A stretch of DNA of 64,000 bases from contig NC_068989.1 of the NCBI RefSeq assembly GCF_001194135.2, positions 76,968,482-77,032,481 of the forward strand, written 5' to 3'. Below the pieces are notes generated by a model. That model made no database searches. It was not told the DNA's origin and worked only from the letters and a program-made list of their open reading frames with translations. A program made the position numbers and the translations under genes. This DNA comes from Octopus bimaculoides (Eukaryota). This document shows, piece after piece, positions 1-13,210 of this stretch (position 1 is the first letter of the stretch; each line of letters begins with the position of its first letter).

Positions 1-1850
1 TCCGGAAGCCTTCGTCTTTTAGTGGAAATGCGTCCATCACATGATCCCTCCTCAGTAAAAGTATTCCAAAAGTTTAAGTACTATATATTATATATAATAC
101 AATCATAAGTACATATTAGATAATTTCAGCACATATCTATCTCATTCGATTTCTATATTACAATTTTCTTATATATGCGTGTGTGTGTGTGCATAATGTG
201 TGTGGGTGTAAGTGTATACACGTATATGTGTATATATTTAACCCCATGTGCATACATGTATGTGAATGTGCATAAAAGCGCGTATGTAAATATATGCACA
301 ATAGCGGAATTATGTCTTGTTGCGAAATCTGTTTCAAAAAGTTTATGGTTATGGAATTACCAGCGCATAGTATATGCAAATTGTTGTCATTGTGTAGCCA
401 GTGAGCAATCCCGATAATGGGCAAAATTTAAGGAAGACAAAAAGAAAAATGCATTAAAGTTCTGCCTGGTGAAAAACGTAATCGGTTACTTCGCTGCAGG
501 TCAAGGTATTCGTTCCCAGACAGTATTACCCCAAAATTAAGTCTCTTTACTTATAAACACTCTGATGTAATATTCTATTGAAGGCATACATTTTATGACA
601 CCTTTCTTATAAAGATTATAATTTCTCTTCAGTCTAGCTAAAACTCTATTTCCTTACCATACATTTCAGCTACTCCCATTCCCTTTCCTGAACGCTTATT
701 TCTCCCATGCGATTTTGTCTAGACCTCTGACACTTTTAAGAATATAGGGACGTTTCTAAACAAACAGAAAGAAGTGAAGTCATTTTCTTTGCATAGTTAT
801 GAAATAACTGACTGCAAAGAATAACATAATTTTACAAGAAATTTAATTGTAATCTCTTGCAGAAGTCTGGATTTTTAGCGAGCACACTTAAATAAACTGC
901 CTCAAAGTTTTAAATCGCTTGAATTGATTGTCTTCCATAAATACTCATGTAATTATTGGATTAATTTATATTTAAATCTAACGAGGCCAAATGTTTGAAT
1001 TCTTTTTGATTCTAGCTGTTTTCCAAGAGTTTAATACAAAAACGTGTTTTGTGGTTAGTGACATATGTAAATGTCTAACTTCCTGAATGTGAAATATGAA
1101 CTTTATTTTAGAAATATTTACTCTTTCAGCACGAGTTACGACATTTTACAAAAGAAATCTTACACTATATATAGGATGAAAACAAACGAAATAATAAAAT
1201 ATGGGAAATATTCACTAACGAACCAAAAGAAAATAACAATTTGAGGGAAAGAATAAAATTTAGATGGAATAGAATAAATGGAATTCACAAAATATAAATT
1301 ACAACACATGTTTCAATGTAGAAAATCAGATGACCATTATTAAATACATTATGACACGAAAGAGTTCATTTATATAATGCTTTTTATGTAATATAATCAA
1401 TAAATGTGCACGTATTTCATTTTCCGCTTGAATTTGTATGAACCTGACAAGCATATATACAGCACATATAGAAACACCTCCTCATGCATACATATATGCA
1501 TACATTCACACATACACACACACATACAGACACATACTTGCACACATGTATGTGTGTGTAATACTTGATTACATTTACCAAGAATATAAGGTCCCATTTA
1601 TCTAATGTTCATTATGAATATTTCATATTTTGAAATATTAAGTTCCAACTTATATATTGAAATCTGAAAAATCAAGAAAACATTATGTGACAGTTGTTAC
1701 ACTTGTTACGTTCTTGAGAAATTGTTTTAGTCTTCGTTTACGTTATCAACGTCAAATGCATAGGAGGCTGATAAGTAGATCTTATTCAGAAATACATGGG
1801 GTATTTATGAAACCATTGGATATCACCTCTTATAATAAGGTAAACAAATT

Positions 1851-2112
1851 TAGAGATTTATTTTCTTGTATATTCTGAATTGAGATCGAATTTTTCATTC
1901 AACTGTGGTTGAAAAATTGCCCGTAAAATACCGGCATACATCCAATTGTTTGAGCCACTTCGATATAGCCTCCATTTAGATATTTATTTTGTTGTATATT
2001 CTAAATTCAGATCGACTTTGTCATTCAACTTTGGTTGAAAAATTGCCCGTCAAATACTGGCATATATCCAATTATTTGAGCCGCTCCGATATAATGTGTA
2101 GCATAGCCTCCA
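1851..2112. repeat. Tandem duplication, ~126-bp unit, 2 diverged copies
   Basis: Units start at tagagatttattttcttg (1851) and tagatatttattttgttg (1977). They share ttcaac-N4-gttgaaaaattgcccgt...atccaatt...tttgagcc. Confidence 0.9.
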
Positions 2113-3424
2113 TATAACGGTTAACAATATTCGATGTCATTATAATAGAGTCGGATACAAAGAATTTGGCTGTTTATAAAAGCATTTTGACTTATAAGCA
2201 TACAATATGCAAGTATAATTGAAATGTCCTTAGATAGGACAACATGGCATATGATACATACAATGTAAGTTCAATTGCAGTCGAGTTCAACATTGTTTTC
2301 TCATTCTTCCTACCTTCCAGGGATGTACTATAAATTACCACAGCAGGGTGGCTTTTTAACAAAATTCATATCCATGGGACAACTTTAGGTCGACACTCTG
2401 ATAGAATTTGTCCATCTTCGAGTAAACGCCTTCAACTGGTGTATAAAAACATTTTGGGGCAATCACACTTTATTTTGTTTTAATTTTCTAATCCCTTATA
2501 GTATAAGCTTTGACTTCATCTGTAAATTACAAGGTTGATCAATTAAATATTGTTTTTCATATTAAGTTTCTATCTTCTGCTGCGTTGTGTTTCATACACA
2601 TCGTAATTTAATGAAAATTATGATTACACAGATATATGAATGATAACAATAAAAACAATCTATACGACGAAAGTAACTAATTTTCCTTATGAAGATTTTG
2701 TTAATCCATACAGATCCAAACCATATGCAAAATTAGCTAACATAATCCTGGAAGGCGAAACTCACTAAAAGAATAAACACAGAGTTTTGAACAAGTGCAC
2801 GAGATGTGTAATAGATAATCACAATTCCAAGCATAAATTGTATTTCTTGATGGCATCTGCTATCAATCTGAAATTTCAATTTATTAATATTTTTTTGTGC
2901 TGTTGATAAAATTTTAAATACATAAATCTGAAATAATCTTACGTATTTTGCCTTATTTATTAATACACAATTATTTCAGTTCCTATGTTCCTCGACATTC
3001 TGTATTGCATGTATTGTATATATTATGTAATAGATAAACGAAACAATAGAAAGAACGATAAAAGTTTACAAACATAAGCATTTCTCCTAATTCTTTCAGT
3101 TTCATTATATATTTGAGACGCCATTTCAATTATCGTTATTTCCTTTCTGTTAATATCAATAGAAAGTAAAAGGTTTTCTATAGCGCCAGTTGAATATCTT
3201 GTTGCAACAGCGTGGATTTCTTACTCCGAAACTGACGACAAATTATCCTGACGACACAGTCATAAAGTGATGGTTAGGTAGATAGGTAAAAATGTCGGAG
3301 GANNNNNNNNNNNNNNNNNNNNNNNNNNNNNNNNNNNNNNNNNNNNNNNNNNNNNNNNNNNNNNNNNNNNNNNNNNNNNNNNNNNNNNNNNNNNNNNNNN
3401 NNNNNNNNNNNNNNNNNNNNNNNN

Positions 3425-3746
3425 GAAACAAATGGTAGTCTGAAGGAGCAAGGTCGGGAAAATAAGGTGGATAAGGATTTTTTTCCCAACCAAGCACTTC
3501 TATCTACTGTGATGTAATCTTTCCTGTTGGGGTCGCGCATTGTCCTGATGAAACACCACTCCTTTTTGAATCACTAACACGGGTCTTTTTTTGCCAAAGC
3601 TTGGTTCAACCGCTCTCATTGCTGACAGTAGACTTGAGCATTGATTGTTGCATTAGGTGGTAGCAATTCCAAATGAATTACTACTTTTCAATCCCAACAG
3701 ATAGAGAGAAGAGCCTTTTTCCCATGAAGTTTCCTTTTTGCTTGTC
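3425..3746 (-). mobile_element. Degenerate mariner transposase, catalytic-domain fragment
   Basis: Minus-strand translation gives ELLPPNATINAQVYCQQ, GVVFHQDNARP and LGWEKNPYPPYFPDLAPSDYHLF, matching the mariner HDNARPH and YSPDLAPSDY motifs. It contains stops and frameshifts and ends at an N gap. Confidence 0.92.
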
Positions 3747-3795
3747 AGTTTTAAAATAATTTTTGTGTTACATCTGGGTCCAAGGTTCGAAAACG

Positions 3796-4040
3796 GAATT
3801 TGTGAAGCCAGAATTTATGAAATCCAAATTTTCGGAATCCATACGTTTTGAAAACTGAATTTCTGAAGCCAGATTTTATGAAATCCAAATTTTTGGAATC
3901 TATATTTTTTGAAAACCAAATTTGTGAGGCCAGGTTTTGTGTGAGACCAATTTTGGTGAAACCAAAATTTGTGAGTCCAGAGTTACGAATCCAAGTTTTT
4001 GAAATGAAGTTGAAACCGTGTTTCTGAGTCCAAATTTCTA
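3796..4040. repeat. Degenerate 15-bp minisatellite with a ~60-bp higher-order period
   Basis: Units such as gaatttgtgaagcca / gaatttatgaaatcc / aaattttcggaatcc. The 4-unit block at ~3798 recurs at ~3859. Confidence 0.85.
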
Positions 4041-4323
4041 AACTATATATATATAACCTTCATAAATATTTTAACTGCACGTGTAGTGTAGCATTAATTT
4101 ATTTTTGTTCGTATATATTTATTTTGTATGTAAACTGATTTTTATGCTGACACTTAATTGTTAATAATATTTTACAAAAAAACACTCCATAGTGTGTTGT
4201 TGTTTTGGATTCACTCCATCCTTGTTGGTTGTGTAAATTCGGGTTATGGCCACGAGGACGTAACAATATGTATATATATATATATATATATATACGCTGT
4301 GGGTATTCCCATAAATAATGCAG

Positions 4324-4686
4324 TTTTTTATACTTCTATTATTTTTCAAAATTAAGATAAACAAAGTTCTTTTTTAATCTAAAATATATTCTCCTTCATT
4401 TTCTATNNNNNNNNNNNNNNNNNNNNNNNNNNNNNNNNNNNNNNNNNNNNNNNNNNNNNNNNNNNNNNNNNNNNNNNNNNNNNNNNNNNNNNNNNNNNNN
4501 NNNNNNNNNNNNNNNNNNNNNNNNNNNNNNNNNNNNNNNNNNNNNNNNNNNNNNNNNNNNNNNNNNNNNNNNNNNNNNNNNNNNNNNNNNNNNNNNNNNN
4601 NNNGTTTTTTATACTTCTATTATTTTTCAAAATTAAGATAAACAAAGTTCTTTTTTAATCTAAAATATATTCTCCTTCATTTTCTA
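4324..4686. other. Identical ~83-bp sequence on both sides of an N gap (probable unmerged contig overlap)
   Basis: gttttttatacttctatt...ctccttcattttctat occurs at 4324-4406 and again at 4604-4686, separated only by Ns. Confidence 0.85.
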
Positions 4687-4689
4687 TAA

Positions 4690-4990
4690 TGCTCTTCCAT
4701 CTATCTAGTTGACTTGCAAGGCCCCTCTTCCAAAATTCACCGTAGTCTATGGCTTATGCTTATTGTCTGATTTCCATATATTGCATTAATAATGCACTTT
4801 CCGTTGTATTAATTCCTATATTGAACTCATAACGTAAAATATACTGAATATGCTCGTTTGTCACTTCCATTATTTTGAAAAATAACTGAGCTGCACTCTT
4901 CAAAATTTGCACTAAGAATAAGTACAAGGTAAAATTACTACCTGCCTTTATAGCACGTTGATGCAGGTAGTTCATCCCGTCTCCTTATAC
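4690..4990 (-). mobile_element. Degenerate mariner, 5' region and N-terminal HTH coding fragment
   Basis: ATG at 4870 gives MEVTNEHIQYILRYEFNIGINTTESA, then after a frameshift INAIYGNQTISIS. This is a typical mariner N-terminus, in the same orientation as and upstream of the 3425-3746 fragment. Confidence 0.85.
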
Positions 4991-5378
4991 TTCTACTTCA
5001 TGCAATTGAAAAACACATCATTTATGTATGCATGTATGTATATATGTATTATGTATGTATGTATGTATGTATGTATGTAGGTAGGTATGTAGGGAGGTTC
5101 ATATGTATGTAGATAGGAAACGATTAGAGACCTGCAGCTTGTGGATTTTGGACACTGATAGTATCTTTGCTCTCTTTTGCTCGTCGTTAGTTTAAATGCT
5201 TATGTTATATACCATGTTTCACTCATTTCGCTGAATGGTGTGTCACTGTAAGATTTGACATGCCGATACTATTTGCTCCCCATTTCTTTTCTCATTTAAT
5301 AATATGATTTAAAGAATGTAAAATACATCGGTATAATATGTGATAGAATATCTATTTTTTTTTTGTGTGTGTGATTAC

Positions 5379-5545
5379 CTTGGCTGATATTAGTATAATA
5401 TCCAGCAAATCTTATATCTAAAAAGTTGTCATAAACAGTAATGTAACCGCACTTAGCGTTTACGCTGCGGGGATATGACGATAATTGAAATGCTTTATAT
5501 TCAATGTGGATAGAATTGTCAGGTGTAAATGATTGTTCTCTTAAT
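5379..5545 (-). CDS. Candidate internal exon of an unidentified gene
   Basis: Acceptor ctaatggactttttcag (branch-like ctaat), donor CAAG|gtaatc. The 167-nt frame is open: LREQSFTPDNSIHIEYKAFQLSSYPRSVNAKCGYITVYDNFLDIRFAGYYTNISQ. No family recognised. Confidence 0.4.
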
Positions 5546-5900
5546 CTGAAAAAGTCCATTAGTAATAAAGCATAACATATATTTAACGACAAAACTTACT
5601 TTTATCCAATGGCCAGTGAATTGATAAATAACGACGTTGAAATGTTGTTCACTTTTGCAATATTAAAAATAAGTTTTATGGTTGCCAAGATAAAATGAAA
5701 GAAAGAAGAGGAAAAAATCAATTGAATGACCTCACATGGCGGCGACATAGTTGTACGGGATTTGATTTGATAGACTGTAGACTTAGTTTACGTAAATGAC
5801 AACACTTTTTTTTCTACATGATCTGATAGTCTACTGAACACTTCTGAGGCTAAACACAATAAGAATTAAATATAGTTTCAAAGATTATGTTAGACAGACA

Positions 5901-6006
<106 letters not shown>

Positions 6007-6214
6007 GAGGGACGCGCGTCACACACATGTTTTGTATATATACATATATATTCAAGTGATGTAATATCTATATACTTAACAGCGTATAACCAGAGCTGAC
6101 AAATAAGGGTCTCAAATCCCTTATCAAATATCTGACAGGATGGCTTCTCCCTACGGCTCCCGCTAATATTCAAGTGATATAGATCTGAGTGAAACTGTCT
6201 TATATATATATATT

Positions 6215-6245
<31 letters not shown>

Positions 6246-7560
6246 ATCTCTACAAATAGATATTATGTGTGTGTATATATGTGAGTGTATGTATTTGTAC
6301 ACGCGTGTATTGTTTGTTTGTGTGTGCGTGTGTGTACAAGACCTGAGTCACAAATGAACAATTCAGCATTCATACGCGATGTTGCATATTAAATCAAATA
6401 TTGCGAAATATAACTTATGTAGTAAAACTTTACACATCATGTCTTTTACATGAAATATCTAAAACTGAAAATATGGACAACTAAAAGCAAATTGAATTTC
6501 TCATCTCTCAGGATACTCATTAGGATGTTCTGTCGCTGTATTTTGAAAATTATGACTGTTATATAATCAACGTCATAACTTGTATAGTCAGCGTGAATTC
6601 TAAGAATGGAGAACTTCAAATCTTTTCACAAATTTAATAATGGAATTGTGAAGGTGTTGGCAATTTGGAAATTGGATGAAAAGTTATTGAATGCTTAACA
6701 AAATTAGAATAGAATAATCAATATATGAAACGCAAAAATGTTTAAAGTAAAAATTACAATTAAATAGAAAATTTCAATGGCAACATCAGAAATTAAAGGG
6801 ATTAGACAAATGTGATTAACATGTCTTAATGGTGATTGGAGTTGTCGATCTGGGTTTTAATAAGCAATTATTAGTATATTTGAATACAACATAAAAATAA
6901 CATTAATGGAATAATAATTATAGGTAGACGAATAAAAAAATCATTTATTTGTATTGATTTAAAAGAAACCCTTCAATCAATTAGAAATCACCAATAGAAA
7001 TTGATTATTGTTTTAGATATTAGTTTGTTGCTAGCATTGAGCTAATTTGCATTATTTTCTGTCAAAAGAATATTCGCTTCAATACTGACGGAATTATACT
7101 TTGCTTTCAGGAAGTTGCTCAACATTTAACGCATTCTATTTTCTTTTAATACAAATATATGCGATTTAATATTGAAAGGTTATTGTTTCCTTATGACATA
7201 ATAAATCATTAAATTCGCATCATTTTTATGTTTTAGAAAAGAATGACATTTAAAACTTTCTTCTGTTACATTTAATATTCTTCCAAAGATAATTTGTTTT
7301 CGCAAGTACTTCTGATGAATTTCTCTTAAAACGATAAAAATAATTAAACACATAAAGAAAGAAATAATACCTCATTCTCTGGTAGAGGAGTTCTTTCTCA
7401 AGAGAAATTAATATTGTCAATTAATATTTACACTTCTTTTTTTTCTTTCGAAAAGACGCATGTTTAATCAAATTGTCACAGCATCCTTTTAGCAATCAAT
7501 TTCGTATTTCAACAAGTAAAGTAACTTATTCACGGGCATCTTATATGAGTAATTTCATAG

Positions 7561-7613
7561 ATGACATTCATGAAGAGCTCTTAACCGTGTTGCTATTAGA
7601 AGTAATAAATAAA
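7561..7613 (+). CDS. Weak candidate exon (DIHEELLTVLLLEVINK)
   Basis: aatttcatag| acceptor, |gtatga donor, open frame, phase-compatible with 8186-8244. Confidence 0.2.
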
Positions 7614-8185
7614 GTATGAAAGTTATAATAGCTTCGAGAAACGGAGCTTACATTTCTCTAGTAAACTGAGATGTAATAAAAATACAATTAGAAATAAGAT
7701 TATCACTTGAAAAGATTTTGCTCGGTCATAATTTATAAACACAAAATAAATAGTTTACATAGCAAATATATTCATTAATGATTTTGAAAAATGAATACGC
7801 ATGTTAAAAGACAAAAAAAAATGAAATAATAACCACTTCCCTATATATTCCCAAGTAGATTCAGTATATCATGTTTCATGGGAAGTTTCTAAAAAAATCT
7901 TTACACGTTTGTGTCATCCAATATTATTTTCAGGATCCAGTGAATTGATCAATTTATAACTCACAACTGAATATTTTATATCCTGATATAGAAAATTCGT
8001 TTCTCTAATAATTTATGGTTACATTATTGTGGTTGAGTAATTTTAAGTTGAATATCCCTGCTTTGGCCGGTGTATACGCATAGAATACCCCTACATACTT
8101 TCCATTTAAATTGTTGCTGGAAAACGGCCAGGCTAGTAAACACTTCCTTATCTCAGATTTCGTCCCGTTTATCTAAGTTTACTAG

Positions 8186-8244
8186 CTTAACTGGGAACGG
8201 TTTTATGAAAGATTAACAGTATTTCTGCTGATGGAAAACAATTT
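8186..8244 (+). CDS. Candidate exon (LNWERFYERLTVFLLMENN)
   Basis: tttactag| acceptor (modest), strong |gtaagt donor, open frame. Confidence 0.28.
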
Positions 8245-8372
8245 GTAAGTAAGTAAATTCATTGTTTATTTGCTAAATTATAATTCGTCATTGAGTGACT
8301 GCAAATATACATGCATAAAGTAATCTTATATAGATACATATTTGTGTACATATAAGTATGTATGTATGCATT

Positions 8373-8427
<55 letters not shown>

Positions 8428-8671
8428 CTTTATATCTATATATTACAATAAGGATATTGAATAATTACAACACCAGTCTTCTAGAAGTAAACCCCAAATG
8501 GGGGTCGACTTCTAGCAGACTGGAGGAGTAATTATTCAATACCGTTATTATAATTTTGATATAAATGAACCATTATGGTATTTTAGTATGCTGGCCACTG
8601 ATAAATCATTAAATAATGACTTCATCCTAATTATGTATAAATATATATGTGTGTGTGCGATTGTGTATGCG

Positions 8672-8710
<39 letters not shown>

Positions 8711-9699
8711 TTCTATCTCTCTCTCTTTCTCTCNNNNNNNNNNNNNNNNNNNNNNNNNNNNNNNNNNNNNNNNNNNNNNNNNNNNNNNNNNNNNNNNNNN
8801 NNNNNNNNNNNNNNNNNNNNNNNNNNNNNNNNNNNNNNNNNNNNNNNNNNNNNNNNNNNNNNNNNNNNNNNNNNNNNNNNNNNNNNNNNNNNNNNNNNNN
8901 NNNNNNNNNNNNNNNNAGCTAGCTAGCTAGCTAGATAGATAGATAGATAAATAGACAGATAGATACAGAGAGAGGAACAGTTGAATGTATATATGTGTGT
9001 GTGTATGTGTGTGTATATATATATATAGGATCACCAACATTGTCAAAACACTTCTTACTATTTCTTAAAGGTGCGTATAGTTATATCAATATTCTGCTAA
9101 AAAAATTGGTAAACAGCCAAGTCATAATTCCCTATTCGATAGCAACACATCTATTTCTTTCATATTTAGTCCTAGCTATTTCTCCTATTACTTATTCTTT
9201 GTTTTGTGCAGTTTATATCTTTGCCAAGCCTTAAGAGATTACACTAGACTTCTTGGAAATAATTTCCTTCTTCATGAATTTTAATTTCCGACAAATGAGT
9301 TCATATTAAACAAAAGAGGTCATGCTTGCTCTATTTATGCTAATCAAAGTAAACCGAAAAAGCAATTCAATGAACGAAGGCCATTATTGGATAGATATTT
9401 TCGAAGATGTAATTAATACAATCTATTATAGCAAAAAGAATTTCCTGTAAAGCTCACAAAAGTCGGTGATTTATAATCTTGTGTACAAAAGGTATTCTGT
9501 AAAATAATTCCATTTTTTTAGATTATAGATGTTGGATAGACACTGACCTGTTAAAAGAACATGATTGAAAACAAATAGTGATGTTGATAATTCAGTTGTT
9601 TCAAAATTGCCTGCTCTTTAATAGTCATCCAGAGAAACATATATCGGATGTAAATAGATGCTGCATATATGTATGTGTAGTTATACATCCATAACTATG

Positions 9700-9746
<47 letters not shown>

Positions 9747-9893
9747 GGGGTGTGTGTATGTGTTTGTGTGTGTGGGTGTGAGTGGGTGTATTTAAGTATC
9801 TACTTGTGTGTGTTTCTATATATACATATCTATATACATATAAATATAAATACGTATATGTAAATGGATGTAGGAGTAGATAGACAGACATAC

Positions 9894-9959
<66 letters not shown>

Positions 9960-9990
9960 ATAGACAGACAGACAGATATATAGATAGATA
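9894..9990. repeat. (GATA)n/(GACA)n microsatellite
   Basis: Direct reading. Confidence 0.97.
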
Positions 9991-10050
9991 TACTCATTTT
10001 GTATTTACACTCTTTGTTGCTTGCTCATATGTATACAAACATACACACAG

Positions 10051-10124
10051 ATCCCCGCATATATCAGAAATTCGAAGCTAGCCATGAATTTCCTAACATT
10101 AAAAATATATCATTTCATGAACAG
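10051..10124 (+). CDS. Candidate exon (PRIYQKFEASHEFPNIKNISFHEQ)
   Basis: acacacag| acceptor, CAG|gtatgt donor, open frame, phase 0 end compatible with 11310/11337. Confidence 0.28.
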
Positions 10125-10783
10125 GTATGTACTCACATGTAACACAAGAGCTCTCACTAAGGTAAGATTAGTTCTTCATGTCCTGCCAACAAACCTTTAC
10201 AAGTAAAAAAAGATATTTGCAGTCAAGTGCAATAACACTGAGAAACAGCCTGTAACTCAAATTTCATCAATAAATCTATACTTGGAACTCTGTTTCGTGA
10301 AAATGTAGTACCTGTACCAAACAGTTGTATTTATCACTAAAACTAATTCGGGTTTTAAAAAATCCCAAATGTTGATATTTCACTGGGTGCTCCATTCAGT
10401 ATCTCAATTTTCTTGAAGACGGGTATCTGTTCGACTGGGACATAGAAAATGGTCAATAAACCCAAAATTTAAAAGGCCAATTGATAAAGTTGTAGATACA
10501 TAAAGAAACTCCAGCATCTTTTGAATGAAGAACAGAAATATTTTTTTTAATTTTGTCACCAGTGGAGATATTTTTTTGTAAAAAGTTCCTGTTTCTCAGA
10601 ATGCGAAACTTACAACTTGATACATTAGCATTTATTTTATGCTACTAAAATTGAGCTCGAACATGTTTAGTCAAACAAGAAGGGAAATACCATGGTGGAA
10701 ATGTATGATAATCATATTGAAGGACTAGAATTACGGGATTTTTTCGGAGTCTCCTTTAAGGGATTCTCATCTGTGTATGACCA

Positions 10784-10819
<36 letters not shown>

Positions 10820-11309
10820 GTGTTCGTGTGTGTGTGTGTGTGTGTAAGATTAACCTTAAAAAATTAGATGTGGACACCTAATGAATAAAAGCGTAAACTA
10901 ATATTTTCAACTAGGAAACTTCTAAGTGAATGTTTGATTTGCTAGAAATGCTACAATAATTTCCATTTAAATGATACACCAGTTATTTTTGAAAGACGCA
11001 TCTTCCTAGATCCAACTAGTTTTAGAATATGCTGAGAGGGTCACAATTGGCACTGTACAATTATAAGTCTGATTATTTTAACCCGAGCTAAATCTCATCT
11101 GTAATAACAATTCTATGAAAATGTAAGGGATTCTTCCCTTTTCTAAGGTTATTCTTGCTTAAAGAAACAAGATGATGAGTTGCTCGCGTGTCAGATAATT
11201 CGTGGAAAATAGTTCATTGCGGTATGGTAGCCTTGTGATTGATGTAATATTTGTGATCCCTGTATACTGAACTATTCGTGAGATTGGTATAATTATATGC
11301 TTTACACAG

Positions 11310-11393
11310 ATTGATGCATCTTCGGCTCCTTTGCAGGAAGAGATTCAACATGAAGAAGATTACAAAAAGAAGGTGATAGATCTGGTTACATAA
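11310..11393 (+). CDS. Candidate terminal exon (IDASSAPLQEEIQHEEDYKKKVIDLVT*)
   Basis: Two in-frame acceptors (ctttacacag|11310 and ctcctttgcag|11337), protein-like composition, TAA at 11391-11393. Confidence 0.28.
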   Translation: MDASSAPLQEEIQHEEDYKKKVIDLVT

Positions 11394-11790
11394 TATTATC
11401 TGTGCACGCTTAGATTCAGCACCGGTAATTAAGTCTTGCAAGATTTCAGTACATAGACAATCTCTCGTCGCACGAACGATGAAATCACAACCATAGTAAC
11501 GTCAGAAAGTAATATATTTGGCCATATAATTTTATCTGCACACTCTTTGATTCAATAACGGTAATTAAGGGTTGCACCAGAATATAGGCAAACGCTCGTC
11601 ACACGAACAATCACAATGACTACTATAATAAGAGAAGAACGTAATAGATTTAGTCATATAATATTATCTGCACACACTTAGATTCAGCAATGGTAATTAA
11701 GGGTTACAAGATAACAATACGTTGAAAATCTATCATCACATGAACTATCTCAGTTACAACAAGAATGGAAACAAATGCTCATAGATTTAG
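11369..11790. repeat. Diverged tandem array, ~132-136-bp unit, 3 copies plus a partial fourth
   Basis: Units at 11369, 11505 and 11637 share (c)ataat(a/t)ttatctg...gattca...ggtaattaag. Confidence 0.85.
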
Positions 11791-12257
11791 TTGCGTAATT
11801 TCATCATCAAAATTAGGTTACAGCTAACTTTTCTACTGTTAGTGTTTCAAGGATCACCTTAAAAATAACAGCACGCACGTATGTGAATCCAACTGAAAAA
11901 TTACTTCATAATTGCTCAGTCAAACACGCTGTCGTAGTACACTGCAGTTGAAAGAATCTAGACGATTGGTTAATACATTCTTTAATGACGGAAGAATGAC
12001 GAAAGGTAAGGTCTAGTTTAATAGGATTTCAAATAAGAATGTGAAAGAATATAATTATATAACACCTTATGTGTTTCCATGTTCTATCGATATGTCATAT
12101 ATCAGTCTCTAAAATTTGTTTTTATAAGCAGAAGTTCTAATCATTCTCGTACAATAAAGAAATATTTTTATGGAAGGGTATTCAAAATATCTTACACCAA
12201 ACTTATACAATTAGACCAAGTATCATGCTTAAGAAATATTTTATCGAGTCGCATTAT

Positions 12258-12370
12258 TTACCTTTTATCTTTTTGGGATCGATAAATTAAGTACCAGCTG
12301 GGTACTGGGGTCAATCTAATCGACTGGACCCCTCTCCAAAAATTTCGGGCCTTGTGCCTAGAGTAGAAAG
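12258..12370 (+). mobile_element. tRNA-SINE family A, 3' half
   Basis: gatcgataaattaagtaccag...ggggtcaatctaatcgact...gggccttgtgcctagagtagaaag, homologous to copies at 19131, 60386 and 62545. Confidence 0.85.
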
Positions 12371-12915
12371 AAAAAACAAATTCTTGGTGAACTTTATTCT
12401 GTCCTCGGCATTCTACATCTCACACGTACGTCTCTAAATACTTATCATTTGCGACTCAATATATTTCTCTGAATATCTGGCATTCATGAGCTCGCTACAT
12501 CCAATTCTGTTCCAGTTCTTATAGTTCTTCTCAGAGCTTACACCGTTAAAGCTTTAAGGGGAACAAAAACTTTTCGAATTCGCTGAAAACAGGTATTGCC
12601 GAAGCATCAGTAACTCTATTCTAGCGAAGAACAAATTTGAATTACAAAGTACCGATATACTTATATCTATATATATATACATATATATATATNNNNNNNN
12701 NNNNNNNNNNNNNNNNNNNNNNNNNNNNNNNNNNNNNNNNNNNNNNNNNNNNNNNNNNNNNNNNNNNNNNNNNNNNNNNNNNNNNNNNNNNNNNNNNNNN
12801 NNNNNNNNNNNNNNNNNNNNNNNNNNNNNNNNNNNNNNNNNNNNNNNNNNNNNNNNNNNNNNNNNNNNNNNNNNNNNNNNNATATATATACCTTATACTT
12901 GTTTTAGTTAATTGA

Positions 12916-13091
12916 CTACAACCATGCTGGGGCGTCATCTTGAAGAAATTTTAGTTGAATGAATCAACCCTAGAACAAAATTTTGTTTAGCCTGATACTT
13001 ATTCTATCGGTTTCTTTTGTCGATCCACTAGGTAACGGAGAAGTAAACACACCGACACTAGTTGTCAAGTTGTGGTCGAGTACAGATACAG

Positions 13092-13129
<38 letters not shown>

Positions 13130-13210
13130 CGGCCTTCTCTCGGTTTCCGCCTACGAATTCCACTCGCAAGACTTTGATGAACCCAAGGCTATAGTAGAAG
13201 ACATTTTGCC
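12916..13210 (-). mobile_element. tRNA-SINE family B with internal (TG)n
   Basis: Shares gtaaacacacc...gttgtcaag and ggctatagtagaagaca blocks with copies at 22106, 28632, 47335 and 49428. Confidence 0.85.

Noticed and set aside
1-60. Hammerhead-like CUGAGGA-GGGAUCA start on the minus strand
   Set aside because: There is no GAAA after the putative stem II and no stem I.
11369-11790. Repeat array considered as CRISPR-like
   Set aside because: The context is eukaryotic, the whole units are homologous and diverged, and there are no unique spacers or cas genes.
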